In this document: positions 1-25,696 of the stretch, piece by piece
How positions within the stretch are numbered: position 1 is the stretch's first letter
Layout: each line of letters opens with the position of its first letter
Assembly: GCA_002269645.1 (NCBI GenBank)
Contig: NIVC01000420.1
Coordinates: 124,001 to 188,000, forward strand
Reading direction: 5' to 3'
From: Macrostomum lignano
Taxonomy: Eukaryota
Length of the DNA: 64,000 nt
Notes under the pieces: model-generated
Databases searched by the model: none
What the model was told of the DNA's origin: nothing
Seen by the model: the letters and a program-made list of their open reading frames with translations, nothing else
Made by a program: the position numbers and the translations under genes

Positions 1-847
1 GGTCCTTGAGGTCCTTGAGGCCTCGACATGCCGTTCCCGTCCATTAGGTCCACCCCCCAGGCACGCACCTCCGAACTACGTAGATTTAAGGCTTACAGTG
101 CATGAACAATGTTTACCTCTAAGCAAAGCCTATTCGTCAGAAGTTTAATTTTCACACCAGCTCTTGTTGTTCAATAAAGCACTGCAACAATTTTTCTATA
201 AATGCCAAATCAAAATGCGGTCTGTTATGCTGCAGAATTGACTGCATGTTTTCTGTAATAATGTTTCACACGCAGCCAAAGTTATAATAAGATAAATAAT
301 GCGCGATCCAATGCAGCAATTTGCGCAGATGGAGCCGCTTAGCTTATACTTCAGTAATTTATGATTCAACCCGGCTTCACTCGTGCTGAAAATTTCCTGA
401 TTTCCTGCAAAGATTTCCAAGCTAGCAGTACTGAATCTCGCATTTCGTTTGAATATACACTAAACACGTTGTTAACGAGAACTTTCTATAAACTTATTAC
501 AATAATTTATTACAATATCAATAATGTAATTCTTGATGCGACACTTCTATCAATTATGCTAGCTTGAATATTGTTTGGATGATATTATATACCGGTAGCT
601 GTTAAACTAGACTGACACTTGCGAGACTCCGGTTTGAACTGGCGTTGAACTCGGAACACATTTCGCTGCTTCACCAGACAGGCACGTGATCGTTCAAGTT
701 AACTGAGGGAGAGAATCTAGAAAGGGTGAGAAAAACTGCATCTTACGCTTTGGTCCAATCTGCATGCACTGCGTGACTTCTCTCTCGCATAAACAGATTG
801 CTAGCCCTGCAAAGTAGCTTTGCCAACCCCCTCATGTGGGGGGCATG

Positions 848-1130
848 TATAAAGCCAACTGGACCTAAGGTGCGATTTTCATCACTTTCGCCCGCCGTTG
901 TAGCTTTTAACTAATTCAGCCAAGTGTTTTTATACCGGCTTGCAAAGCGGTAAGCGTAGCTTGTTGCTAAGCTCTGCAGCCTACCAAGTTGTCTATGGTG
1001 AAAAGCTGGGTTGACGTTGACCTCAAACGTCAACTTGGCATTCGTATTTTTTATTTGCCTTCACTTGAGCACTGATTTGAACAAACAGAATCAACTCTAA
1101 TAACAAATAACCCCACTATTCTAATTGAAG
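848..1130 (+). promoter_or_regulatory. Putative promoter and 5'UTR intron of the beta-thymosin gene
   Basis: TATAAAG at 848-854, Inr-like TCATCACT about 30 nt downstream, donor G|GTAAGC at 950, and branch-like CTAAT plus acceptor AG at 1129-1130, 11 nt before the ATG at 1142. Confidence 0.45.
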
Positions 1131-1141
1131 TTCGAGTCACC

Positions 1142-1411
1142 ATGTCCACCTCTGAGGAAGCCAAGCCCGAGTTCCTGTCCGACGTCAGCAAATTCAACAC
1201 GGAAAAGTTGAAGAAAGTCGAATCTCTGGACAAGACGGTGCTGCCGAGCGCTGAACAAGTTGAGCAGGAGAAACGCGAGGTCAGCCTTCGAGAGGAGATT
1301 GAGAAGGGCACCGAGCTGAAGCATGTCGAGGTGCAGGAGAAGACCGTCTTGCCGTCCAAGGAGGAAATCGAAGAGGAGAAGAAGCGTCAGTCGCAGGGTG
1401 ACAGTTCGTGA
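1142..1411 (+). CDS. Two-repeat beta-thymosin/WH2 actin-monomer-binding protein (89 aa)
   Basis: Two beta-thymosin motifs, LKKVESLDKTVLPS and LKHVEVQEKTVLPS, each preceded by an amphipathic helix. Good start context (CACCATG). AATAAA near 1585 and 1622. Confidence 0.92.
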   Translation: MSTSEEAKPEFLSDVSKFNTEKLKKVESLDKTVLPSAEQVEQEKREVSLREEIEKGTELKHVEVQEKTVLPSKEEIEEEKKRQSQGDSS

Positions 1412-1881
1412 TTGCGTGCTGTCTGCTTTCTGATGACTGCCCCCTCTCTGTCTTGGCATAAATTCCAACGACAAATTACTGCTCTCCAAACCTTCCTAAG
1501 TAATGATCTGTTTGTGTAACTGATTGGTTGCCGGCTTCTTAACTAATCAAGCAATTTCATTAATCAGCGTTAGTAAAGCTATTTAATAAATTCATAAAAC
1601 GATAATAACAAAAAATACGCCAATAAACTGGTACCATCAACAACTATTTATTTAAGTGTTTCTCATATAGTTGTTTCTTACAACCAGTGAGATTGTTTTT
1701 TTCGTGACTTACTCGTATTTCTGCTGAGCATGTCGAAGTTCAATTAGAAATGAACGGAGCGGAAATGAAATTGTAATAAAGTTTTTTCCTGGAATCTTTT
1801 GCTTTTCATAGCTCGTACGGAGCAAAATAGTGAAAGAAGAATTTATTTGTTGCACCCAAAGAGTATTGAGGTCGCCTGGTA

Positions 1882-2168
1882 TAGAGTGCCAATAAGGATG
1901 AAAATCTGAAGCCGATTTTTAGAATCCACCCACCCCCTCCGGTCACCAAGCTTTTTAGTCTATGGCACAAGTTGTGGCTAGAATGGTGTACAAAGCCGAT
2001 GCTCAGAAAGCTGAGTGTTCTAAGTGTGAAATGTCTTATATTTCTGAGCATCGGCTTTGTACACCATTCTAGCCACAACTTGTGCCATAGACTAAAAAGC
2101 TTGGTAACCGGAGGGGGTGGGTGGATTCTAAAAATCGGCTTCAGATTTTCATCCTTATTGGCACTCTA
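1882..2168. mobile_element. MITE A, near-perfect hairpin element
   Basis: 128-bp inverted arms (1882-2009 / 2041-2168, one mismatch) around a 31-nt loop; termini TAGAGTGCC...GGCACTCTA; TA on both sides. Confidence 0.85.
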
Positions 2169-2170
2169 TA

Positions 2171-2589
2171 TAGTATTTGTCATGCTATCTCAGCCTAGAG
2201 ACATCCAAACTCAGCCAGTCCCATTCCGCAATGCGTTTTTTTGGCTCGAGCTAGTCGACTTTTACCATAGACATGCTTCTTAAGGCCATGCTATCTCAGC
2301 CTGGGACATGCAATCTCAGCCAATATAGATTTCAATTGCAAACAGATCTCAATGCTATCATTTCTGTAACGTGACATGAAATGGCAACAAACAGCAATGA
2401 ATGAACGCAGCAAGAAAAGTCAGTAAGGGTACGCAACAACGCTGAGATTGCATGTCCCAGGCTGAGATAGCATGGCCTTAAGAAGCATGTCTATGGTAAA
2501 ACTTGACTGGCTTACGTAAAAAATCGCACTGTCGAGATGGGCTGGCTGAGTTTGGATGTCTCTAGGCTGAGATAGCATGACAAATACTA
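2171..2589. mobile_element. MITE B with terminal and subterminal inverted repeats
   Basis: TIR of about 46 bp (TAGTATTTGTCATGCTATCTCAGCCTAGAGACATCCAAACTCAGCC) plus a second inverted pair at about 2260-2319 / 2441-2500; TA on both sides. Confidence 0.85.
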
Positions 2590-3189
2590 TACTAGGCGAC
2601 CTCAATACTCTTTGGTTGAACCCTACCTATATACTTTTCATTTCGACCGTTAAAATTCGAAAGACCAATAGCATCATACTATACTTATAAATGTAAGTAG
2701 CAATAAATAATTTGCTTTAACCTCCGTAGCGCTTCGTAACCTCCGAGGCAGAACTTGAAAACTATGAACTAACAGACTGGAACTAGCAGTTTTTTAGCAA
2801 AACTGGCAGTTTCCTAAAATCTGCACATGGACGTAAGGAATGCGTGCTTATCGCATCGCATCGCCAGTGAGTTTAGTGTGCTCTCACAGATACTAGAATA
2901 ATTATAGTTATCTAGTATCTGTGTATGCTCTCGAAAATATGGAGTTCTCTCGACCGAATTCTCCATGCAGAGCATGCGACAAAAATCCGTTCCGTACCGA
3001 CCTCCAGTTCATTTCTAAGAAAACTGAGAGTATCGTCCATCTACATAATTCAGTTGTCTCATGCCTATGTGACGTTGTCAGTTTAAGTACCATGGTAGCC
3101 CCGCCAAGGGCCGTTTTGACATACGGTACCAAGTACCAAGTAGTCTGTTTAAAGTAGTACCCTAAGAATTTTAATCAGCTGCGTACATT

Positions 3190-3733
3190 TGTAAAGCCTG
3201 CGTACAGTGCGCGATCGATAATTTCTGTTTTCTGTTTTTTCCAGCCGGCCAATAGAATAGCCGCGCATTAATTATACTAAGTTCTCTTCGCGCGCCCACC
3301 CCCAGCCCGCTCCTTATCAGTTCTGTCTGGCCGTGCGCTCGGGGTTATCTTGGATCCTGGCTTTGCGTCCCCGCCTGTAGACCTTTGCCGCCCCGGCACT
3401 CTTGTTTGTTTGCCTTCTCTTCCTGCCTCACTTCGCCACGGTTCTAGACCACGCCTCTGCCACTCTCAGTCACACCACTCCTACTGTCTGTTCGAACTCT
3501 CACTACGAGCACCGCCACCGTACGTTCACCGCCATCATCTCGTCGCCACTGCCTCAAATCATCGACCCACTCTGCCTTCTACCATCTAACTCGTTGTGTA
3601 GCCGCCAGTGCATCGTTACGAATCCAACTTGTATTTTGACCTGTCTCTGTTGACAATAACAACTGTTCCAATAAACCAAGTCTGCGGCCATTGATCGCAT
3701 TAACTGATATTATTGCCAAGTGCTACCGCTACA
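3190..3733 (+). mobile_element. Probable solo LTR (544 bp)
   Basis: TGTA...TACA termini; imperfect 5-bp flanks ACATT/AAATT; internal CCAAT, TATA-like TATACTAA and AATAAA (about 3670) in U3-R-U5 order. Confidence 0.45.
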
Positions 3734-4472
3734 AAATTGTCTCTGCCGTATTCATTTGCCTTCGCTGATTATTCTCGAGGCCGCCACATTAATACGTCAC
3801 AGCCTCCATACAACCTGAGATCTTTTGAAGCCAGCATGATTGGTAAATCAACATCCAATAAAACAGACATAACCAAATTTACGTTACTAAATAATTCTTT
3901 GCAGTGACTCTAGCGACTCTGGGGGCGATTCTTGTGACTTGAACGACTCAAACACCCGCGTCTAATGCGACGAAGAGGCGACTGTTGGGACACAATAAGC
4001 GCGTCACGTCAGGTGTAGAGTCGTAAAATAGTCTCGAAAAAGAGTCGTCCAAGAATCGTTATGTTGGCGCTTAACTTTCTACTAACTCAGTAGGCTAGTT
4101 AGTGCTTCCAACACAACTCCAACCAGTAACTCTACGGCGACTGTAGCACGCCTCAAATAAGACTCTACTCTGGGACGCTTCTTGGCCTAGGAACCGTTTT
4201 CATCGGGTTAGTCTGGCTCTGCATGGTCCCATTTTGGAGTGTTCTAAAAACGCTTGAAGCAAAAAGTCTGACAATCTGCAAGGCATAGAGGTTTAGAGGT
4301 ATGAACAGTAATGGGGGAACTTGAGGGCAGGCGAGGTAAGTGAGGTAACACTGTCAATTTAATGCTGAAAAACAGAAAACTTTCTATATGTCCAATGCTT
4401 TAAACATTAGTTTGTTTATGTTCAAGTATTGTTCGTATGGAATTCTTGACGGTGGCTTCAGACACCATCAGA

Positions 4473-7400
4473 TCAGATGCTGGACTCTCGAATTGTGAAC
4501 TCCACTGAGCCGGACGTTCGACTGCACTTTTCCGCGCCGACAGCAGCGGAACCAGAGGGCACTCCTCGACTGTCAGCTGTGGCAGCGGCGGTGGCTTCCA
4601 GCATCTGTTGGGGCAGCTTTGTTGGCAAGCTGTTCCGGCTGCTGCTGTTGACTCTCTGCCAGACGCCTTCGCCAGTTGTCGGCGTTGATGATGAGTCGCC
4701 TGTCGATGGGTGGCGACCGCCTGTTGTAGGAATATATGAGCTGGCACTTAAGGTTGGTTTCTGTGCATAGAAATGAGCCCGTGTCAAGAACTGTGGATAG
4801 AACTAGACAGATGGATGAGATTAGAACTAGACAGATGGATGAGATTAGAATTACACAGATGGATGAGATTAGAACTACACAGATGGATGAGATTAGAATT
4901 ACACAGATGAATGAGATTAGAACTACACAAATGGATGAGATTAGAACTACATGAATGGATGATATTAGAACTACACAAATGGATGAGATTAGAACTACAC
5001 AGATGGATGAGATTAGAACTACACAGATGGATGAGATTAGAACTACACAAATGGATGAGATTAGAACTACACAGATGGATGAGATTAGAACTACACAGAT
5101 GGATGAGATTAGAGCTACACAGATGGTCGAGATTAGAACTACACAAATGGATGAGATTAGAGCTACACAGATGGTCGAGATTAGAACTACATGAATGGAT
5201 GAGATTAGAACTACACAAATGGATGAGATTAGAACTAGACAGATGGATGAGATTAGAACTAGACAGATGGATGAGATTAGAATTACACAGATGGATGAGA
5301 TTAGAGCTACACAGATGGTCGAGATTAGAACTACATGAATGGATGAGATTAGAACTACACAAATGGATGAGAATAGAACTAGACAGATGGATGAGCTTAG
5401 AACTAGACAGATGAATGAGATTAGAATTACACAGATGGATGAGATTAGAGCTACACAGATGGTCGAGATTAGAACTACATGAATGGATGAGATTAGAACT
5501 ACACAAATGGATGAGATTAGAACTAGACAGATGGATGAGATTAGAGCTACACAGATGGTCGAGATTAGAACTACATGAATGGATGAGATTAGAACTACAC
5601 AGATGGATGAGATTAGAACTACATGAATGGATGATATTAGAACTACACAAATGGATGAGATTAGAACTACACAGATGGATGAGATTAGAACTACACAAAT
5701 GGATGAGATTAGAACTACACAGATGGATGAGATTAGAACTACAAGAATGGATGAGATTAGAACTACACAAATGGATGAGATTAGAACTAGACAGATGGAT
5801 GAGATAGACGCAAGGAAATCAGATGAAGTCTTCTTGTACTTCTTAAAAAGCATATTTCAAAACTTTAATACGGGCATTTAAAATCGAATAAATGCAACTC
5901 ACCTGAACTGTTGCTAGTGAACGACTGCGACATTTAAACTGCACTCACAAATGTTCTCTAGTCTTGCTGCACTGGTTTGTTTTTGCTGATACTCTGCATT
6001 ATGGCCGAAATATGCTATTTTTGTTGACATTGCATTCTGGGTTGAGATGTTTTCCGACAGTGCCAGCAAGTCTCCTCATTGGCTGGGGAGGCCTAGGAGC
6101 AGAAATATAGCGATGGGGGAAGAGAGATAAGGAAACTGGACTTTGGGATTTGCTGAAGGTTTTTCTCATTACGAGATGGAGAATGCTGATTAAGAAGCCT
6201 CTGATTGATAATGATAATGATAATAATTTGATAATAATGGGTCCATGAGCACTGCTCGAAATCAGTACGACCATCATCGGCTTACAGACACTGAGAAGAG
6301 ATGGAAGTGTCTACCTTGACTACCTACAGACACTAGGGAGAGATGGAAGTGTCTACCTTGACTACCTACAGACACTAGGGAGAGATGGAAGTGTCTACCT
6401 TGACTACCTACAGACACTGAGGAGAGATGGAAGTGTCTACCTTGACCATCTACGGACACTGAGGAGAGATGGAAATGTCTACCTTGACTACCTACAGACA
6501 CTGGGGAGAGATGGAAGTGTCTACCTTGACCATCTACGGACACTGAGGAGAGATGGAAATGTCTACCTTGACTACCTACAGACACTGGGGAGAGATGGAA
6601 GTGTCTACCTTGACTACCTACAGACACTGGGGAGAGATGGAAGTGTCTACCTTGACTACCTACAGACACTGAGGAGAGATGGAAGTGTCTACCTTGACCA
6701 TCTACGGACACTGAGGAGAGATGGAAATGTCTACCTTGACTACCTACAGACACTGGGGAGAGATGGAAGTGTCTACCTTGACCATCTACGGACACTGAGG
6801 AGAGATGGAAATGTCTACCTTGACTACCTACAGACACTGGGGAGAGATGGAAGTGTCTACCTTGACTACCTACAGACACTGGGGAGAGATGGAAGTGTCT
6901 ACCTTGACTACCTACAGACACTGAGGAGAGATGGAAGTGTCTACCTTGACTACCTACAGACACTAGGGAGAGATGGAAGTGTCTACCTTGACTACCTACA
7001 GACACTGAGGAGAGATGGAAGTGTCTACCTTGACTATCTACGGACACTGGGGAGAGATGGAAGTGTCTACCTTGACCATCTACGGACACTGAGGAGAGAT
7101 GGAAATGTCTACCTTGACTACCTACAGACACTGGGGAGAGATGGAAGTGTCTACCTTGACTACCTACAGACACTGAGGAGAGATGGAAGTGTCTACCTTG
7201 ACTACCTACAGACACTAGGGAGAGATGGAAGTGTCTACCTTGACTACCTACAGACACTGAGGAGAGATGGAAGTGTCTACCTTGACTATCTACGGACACT
7301 GGGGAGAGATGGAAGTGTCTACCTTGACCATCTACGGACACTGAGGAGAGATGGAAATGTCTACCTTGACTACCTACAGACACTGGGAGAGATGGAAGTG

Positions 7401-10400
7401 TCTACCTTGACCATCTACGGACACTGAGGAGAGATGGAAATGTCTACCTTGACTACCTACAGACACTGGGGAGAGATGGAAGTGTCTACCTTGACCATCT
7501 ACGGACACTGAGGAGAGATGGAAATGTCTACCTTGACTACCTACAGACACTGGGGAGAGATGGAAGTGTCTACCTTGACTACCTACAGACACTGGGGAGA
7601 GATGGAAGTGTCTACCTTGACTACCTACAGACACTGAGGAGAGATGGAAGTGTCTACCTTGACTATCTACAGACACTGAGAAGAGATGGAAGTGTCTACC
7701 TTGACTACCTACAGACACTGAGGAGAGATGGAAGTGTCTACCTTGACTACCTACAGACACTGAGGAGAGATGGAAGTGTCTACCTTGACTACCTACAGAC
7801 ACTGAGGAGAGATGGAAGTGTCTACCTTGACTACCTACAGACACTGAGGAGAGATGGAAGTGTCTACCTTGACTACCTACAGACACTGAGGAGAGATGGA
7901 AGTGTCTACCTTGACTACCTACAGACACTGAGGAGAGATGGAAGTGTCTACCTTTACTACCTACAGACACTGAGGAGAGATGGAAGTGTCTACCTTGACT
8001 ACCTACAGCCGATAATGCAGCACAGAAATAGATTTCTCAGACCTGGAAAGCGGTTAGTCGAAAGATCAAATTCGATTTTTTTCATGCAGCCGTAAATGCA
8101 AAAAAATCCGGCCTGAAAACCGACACTAAGTCGCCCGCAGCGCTCTGCCTCACAGGAAGATTCACCATCTTCTTCCGGCAGCTGCAGAATCTTCTTCAGG
8201 AAATGCCGGCAGGCGATGGCAGCTGAGCTCCTCCTTGCTGGATGTGAAGAAGTGTCACCTGACTCAAAGCATTCAGCCTTTTGCGCTGAGATTTCTTGAC
8301 TCTCCTGACAGAAATCTTCTCTTCTCTCAAAAGGAGAAAGGATTTGCACTTTTAACACAAATTTTCTCTCGATTTTCTTCTTTTTCCCGGTATTGAAGAA
8401 AGCATTTGCTAACGCAGATAATTTCGATAATCATACAGACTGCAAGCTTCTCTGGTAATAAAATGTTTTTCTTTCTTACAAGACTTAATAAGCAGTAGAA
8501 ACTGACAGATCCAAGGCGACCGGTGTTATGCGATGATTTAAACTTTAACCTTTGACCTTTGACCTTTGACCTTTGAATCACTGTCAGCTTCATTAGACTC
8601 TTAAGACTTTTTGATATGGGATTTAAAAGATCTAGATCAAGCAGATACTGATCTAGAAGATACTGATCTAAAAAATACTGATCTAGAAGATACTGATCTA
8701 AAAAATACTGATCTAGAAGATACTGATCTAGATGATACTGATCTAGAAGATACTGATCTAGATGATACTGATCTAGAAGATGCTGATCTAGAAGATACTG
8801 ATCTAGAAGATACTGATCTAGAAGATACTGATCTAGAAGATACTGATCTAGAAGATACTGATCTAGAAGATACTGATCTAGAAGATACTGATCTAGAAGA
8901 TACTGATCTAGAAGATACTGATCTAGAAGATACTGATCTAGAAGATACAGCTCTAGAAGATTCAGATCTAGAGGATCCAGATCTAGAAGATTCAGATCTA
9001 AAAGACCCAGATCTAGAAGATCAATATCTAGAGGATCAGATCTAGAAGGTTCTAATCTAGAGTGATACAAAAATTGTTTGTCAATTTCTAGATCGGGCAA
9101 TTGATTAATTTATTTGCATTCACACGCTGCACAATGACCAAGACCGAATCTGTCCCCACGGGACACAGCCGCCTGTTGCAATCAGAGAGCCACAAAATTC
9201 AATCTCCCTCCATCAGTTCTCCCTCTTGGGTCGATGAGTCTTTTAAAAAAGACCAGCGAACTGGATTTAATCCATCCAATCCGCCCAAGGACTCACGCCT
9301 CACCACTCATCAGCCTCTAATTTTAATCCAATCCGTGTTTGCCTAGTCGGACTCTTCTCCATATTCTAGCCTCTTCTCAAGGTGAGGGAGAACGGGACAG
9401 CTGGATGAGATTAGAACTACACAGATGGATGAGATTAGAACTACACAGATGGATGAGATTAGAACTACACAGATGGATGAGATTAGAACTACACAAATGG
9501 ATGAGATTAGAACTATACAGATGGATGAGATTACAAGTAGACAGATGGATGAGATTAGAACGAGACAGATGGATGAGATTAGAACTACACAGATGGATTA
9601 GATTAAAACTAGACAGATGGATGAGATTAGAACTAGACAGATGGATCAGATTAGAACTAGACAGATGGATCAGATTAGAACTAGACAGATGAATGAGATT
9701 AAAACTACACAGATGGATGAGATTAAAACTACACAGATGGATGAGATTAGAACTAGACAGATGGATCAGATTAGAACTACACACATGGATGAGATTAGAA
9801 CTACACAGCTGGATGAGATTAGAACTAGACAGATGGATGAGATTAGAACTAGACAGATGGATCAGATTAGAAGTAGACAGGTAGATGGGATTATAACCAC
9901 ACAGATTGGTAAGATTAGAACCACACAGATGGATGAGATTAGAAGTAGACAGATGGATGAGATTAGAAGTAGACAGATGGATGAGATTAGAAGTAGACAG
10001 ATGGATGAGATTAGAAGTAGACAGATGGATGAGATTAGAAGTAGACAGATGGATGAGATTAGAAGTAGACAGATGGATGAGATTAGAACTAGACAGATGG
10101 ATGAGATTAAAAATATATTTGGTTGAAGTGAAACACAGCCAGAATTTTTATGCATTAGAAACCGGAGCAGCTGTGATTCACACAAGTCCCTCACGTGATG
10201 CACCAGATTGCGAACTGTATCTAAAATATGTCTTATTTCGGCATGTATTCTTTCAAAGATTCGACGTGCCCCGAGCATGCAGCGATGGTTACTTGCAAGG
10301 GGAAATAAAGCAAAGCGTGGCCTCCACCCCTTCCCTAGCCCTGGGTGGTGATACGGACATGGTATTCACGCTTCATATCACACTCAATCTCGCTCTCACT

Positions 10401-11490
10401 CACTCCCCTACTCACTGGAGGCCGTCAGTGTAACAAGAAGCAAGGGGCTCGGGTTGGACCTACTTGCATACTACTTTGCGGCAGACGCGAAAGCAAAGGA
10501 GGATACCCAGCTTTAGACAGGCAGTACGGGAGCGGGAAGAGGGAGCTCCACTCTACAGCGCGATGGAAATGCAGTTAATCACGATAGAAGCTGAGAAGAA
10601 GCCGGCGAGAGACATTTTGCTCTCGAGCCACCAAACTCAAACCCGAGTCCGCCTCCCCCCCCCCGCTACTCAAATAGTTCTCAATCCTCTCGCGCAAGAC
10701 CTGGCAAGGCCAGGGACTACCAGAGAGACTTATCTGAATCGGCTGTCTAGAGCACAAGTTTGAGGACCATCTTATTGCAGATAAAATGTTTCTGTATAAT
10801 GTGAAGACCTTTCTGCTGAGGTCGTTGCGGAGGTCGGTCCGTGTGGGCCCGTGTTGAGTTGAGCGAGTTAAATAAGTCTGGAAGCTCACCACGAAATATT
10901 TTACCATGCATTGAAAAAAAGAGATTTGCTTCCATAAATTTTATAAACATAAACCAACTCTAACAATATTTCGCACGTTACATGGCATTATAACAAAATA
11001 AGGTAAGCCCCGAGCCCTCCAGAATTCCAGTTTAAGATGTCCATGCCTGAGCTGCTCCAGCTTCCGTGCCCTTGTCCATCCATCCATCCATCTGAGGCTG
11101 AGAGCCTCATCGAATCTACTTCCATCCCTCACTCACTCGCTCTCTCCCTCATCTAAAGCGGTTTTTACAGACTCTCAATATACATTACCTTACAGCGGCT
11201 CCTTGAGGAACTTCGGCTCTTCCCAGTAAAGTAGGTTGGGAGCAAAATTGCTCTTTAAAAAACATCCAGGACGGAAGAGGATGGCTATCCAATGCGGGAT
11301 TCTTAATCAGCTTTTCCTCGGAACTCCGCTCTGCATCCTCGCGTTTCTCACCAGACCGTCGTTGGTCTCTCTTTAATGCAGGAGTCCTGCGCCGGTGTAG
11401 CGAGAAAAAATCAGCAACTTCGGAGAGCTTCAAGCATTCTATTGCTTTGTAAAGTTTGGTCCGGTTTGAGTAGTCAGAACGCCCCCTCAT
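4473..11490 (-). CDS. Possible uncharacterised multi-exon gene; structure and product unresolved
   Basis: Several GC-rich exon-like segments with splice-like ends: 11490-11189 (ATG ... AG|GTAATG), about 10879-10760, about 8250-8003, about 6095-5903 (CAG|GTGAGT) and about 4768-4473. I recognise no domain and could not close a single consistent frame. Confidence 0.25.
4795..5805. repeat. 24-bp minisatellite, about 42 copies (ACACAGATGGATGAGATTAGAACT)
   Basis: Direct tandem periodicity, seen as 8-aa repeats (MDEIRTTQ / WMRLELHR) in the ORF track. Confidence 0.95.
6283..8008. repeat. 42-bp minisatellite, about 41 copies (GAGATGGAAGTGTCTACCTTGACTACCTACAGACACTGAGGA)
   Basis: Tandem units with recurring variant blocks; 14-aa periodicity on the minus strand. 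Confidence 0.95.
8553..8572. promoter_or_regulatory. (TGACCTT)n run forming two overlapping DR1 nuclear-receptor-type motifs
   Basis: TGACCT at 8553, 8560 and 8567 with 1-bp spacers. Could be a neutral heptamer microsatellite. Confidence 0.2.
8628..9065. repeat. 15-bp minisatellite (GATCTAGAAGATACT), about 28 copies
   Basis: Tandem units degenerating at both ends; gives DTDLE and QYLLD pseudo-ORFs. Confidence 0.95.
9400..10108. repeat. Second array of the same 24-bp minisatellite family as 4795-5805, about 29 copies
   Basis: Same consensus and orientation, different variant mix (AAGTAGAC, GATCAG). Confidence 0.95.
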
Positions 11491-12042
11491 CCGGACCGTA
11501 AATCACTGGAGAGTAGAGATACCGGTGCGCTCGCTTATCAGCCCGCTCTTCTTCGACCTTGGAGAATGCAATCAATAATGTCTGGCAATCAATTATCAGA
11601 ACTTGGTCAGAACTTTCAGACACTCTCCGAACTCGCTTGATTTTCTCCCACCCAACCCAATCAGCGCAGTCGAAGTAGACCGACTTGAAGAATTCGATTG
11701 CCGCACTGCGGACTGCCCGCCCGGCCATCCTGTGCCGCAAAGAGAAATCAATTTACCTCACCTCAGCCTATTCTGTCAGTTTCTGTCCACCCCTTTGCTT
11801 CGATTATCAAATAACTGTTTCGTTTCGTGTCGACAGCTTTGTAGAGCCCGTGGAAAGCACACATTCATTTGGAAAGAAAGAAAAAACGAAAAAAAATTGG
11901 AAATACAGTTCGCTCATATTCGAAGAAGTATTTATTGCGCAATCATTCGGAATAGGCCCTAGTTACAATAAATGACCAATAAAGGCTTCTACTATAATAA
12001 ATTATTAATTGATAACAACTGTTTAAAAAACAAAAGTCTCGG

Positions 12043-24625
<12,583 letters not shown>

Positions 24626-24854
24626 CGGTTTGAGAGTTCAGCCATAGACATAACTCTACTGAATGACAGGCTCAGGAGCTGTAAGTCCAAAAGCACTTTT
24701 GTGTGGTTTTCAAGCATTTGAGGCTTTTTCCATAGAAGTTGATTAATATGAATAAGTAAATTGAGGTCTCGGTAAGCTCGGCAAGTATCTAGGTGTGCCT
24801 AAATGCTCAGTAACTTAAGCTAAATGTACTTTTTCGTAGCTTCTGCTGTGTTCT

Positions 24855-25696
<842 letters not shown>

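Larger units (their letters stand above)
1853..2618. mobile_element. Composite of two tandem TA-flanked MITEs inside a 27-bp-arm palindrome
   Basis: Outer arms 1853-1879 and 2592-2618 are 25/27 reverse-complementary. Inside the order is TA(1880-81), MITE A (1882-2168), TA(2169-70), MITE B (2171-2589), TA(2590-91). Confidence 0.8.

Noticed and set aside
2885-2923. 13-bp perfect stem hairpin (CACAGATACTAGA)
   Set aside because: Isolated and AT-rich, with no TSD or second copy; no function can be supported.
8611-9045. Acidic (DTDLE)n ORF as a biomineralisation-type protein
   Set aside because: Non-ATG start, no secretion signal, coincides exactly with a 15-bp array that is also open on the other strand.
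4573-10126. Long ORFs (426, 369, 328, 257 aa and others) in 4.5-10 kb
   Set aside because: They are translations of the 24-, 42- and 15-bp arrays, open on both strands, with no signal peptide or unique domain.
11660-11730. Minus frame ILQVGLLRLR resembling the Slo GIYRLR motif
   Set aside because: The real motif (CLGIYQLR) is in exon 13382-13209, and this frame stops immediately.
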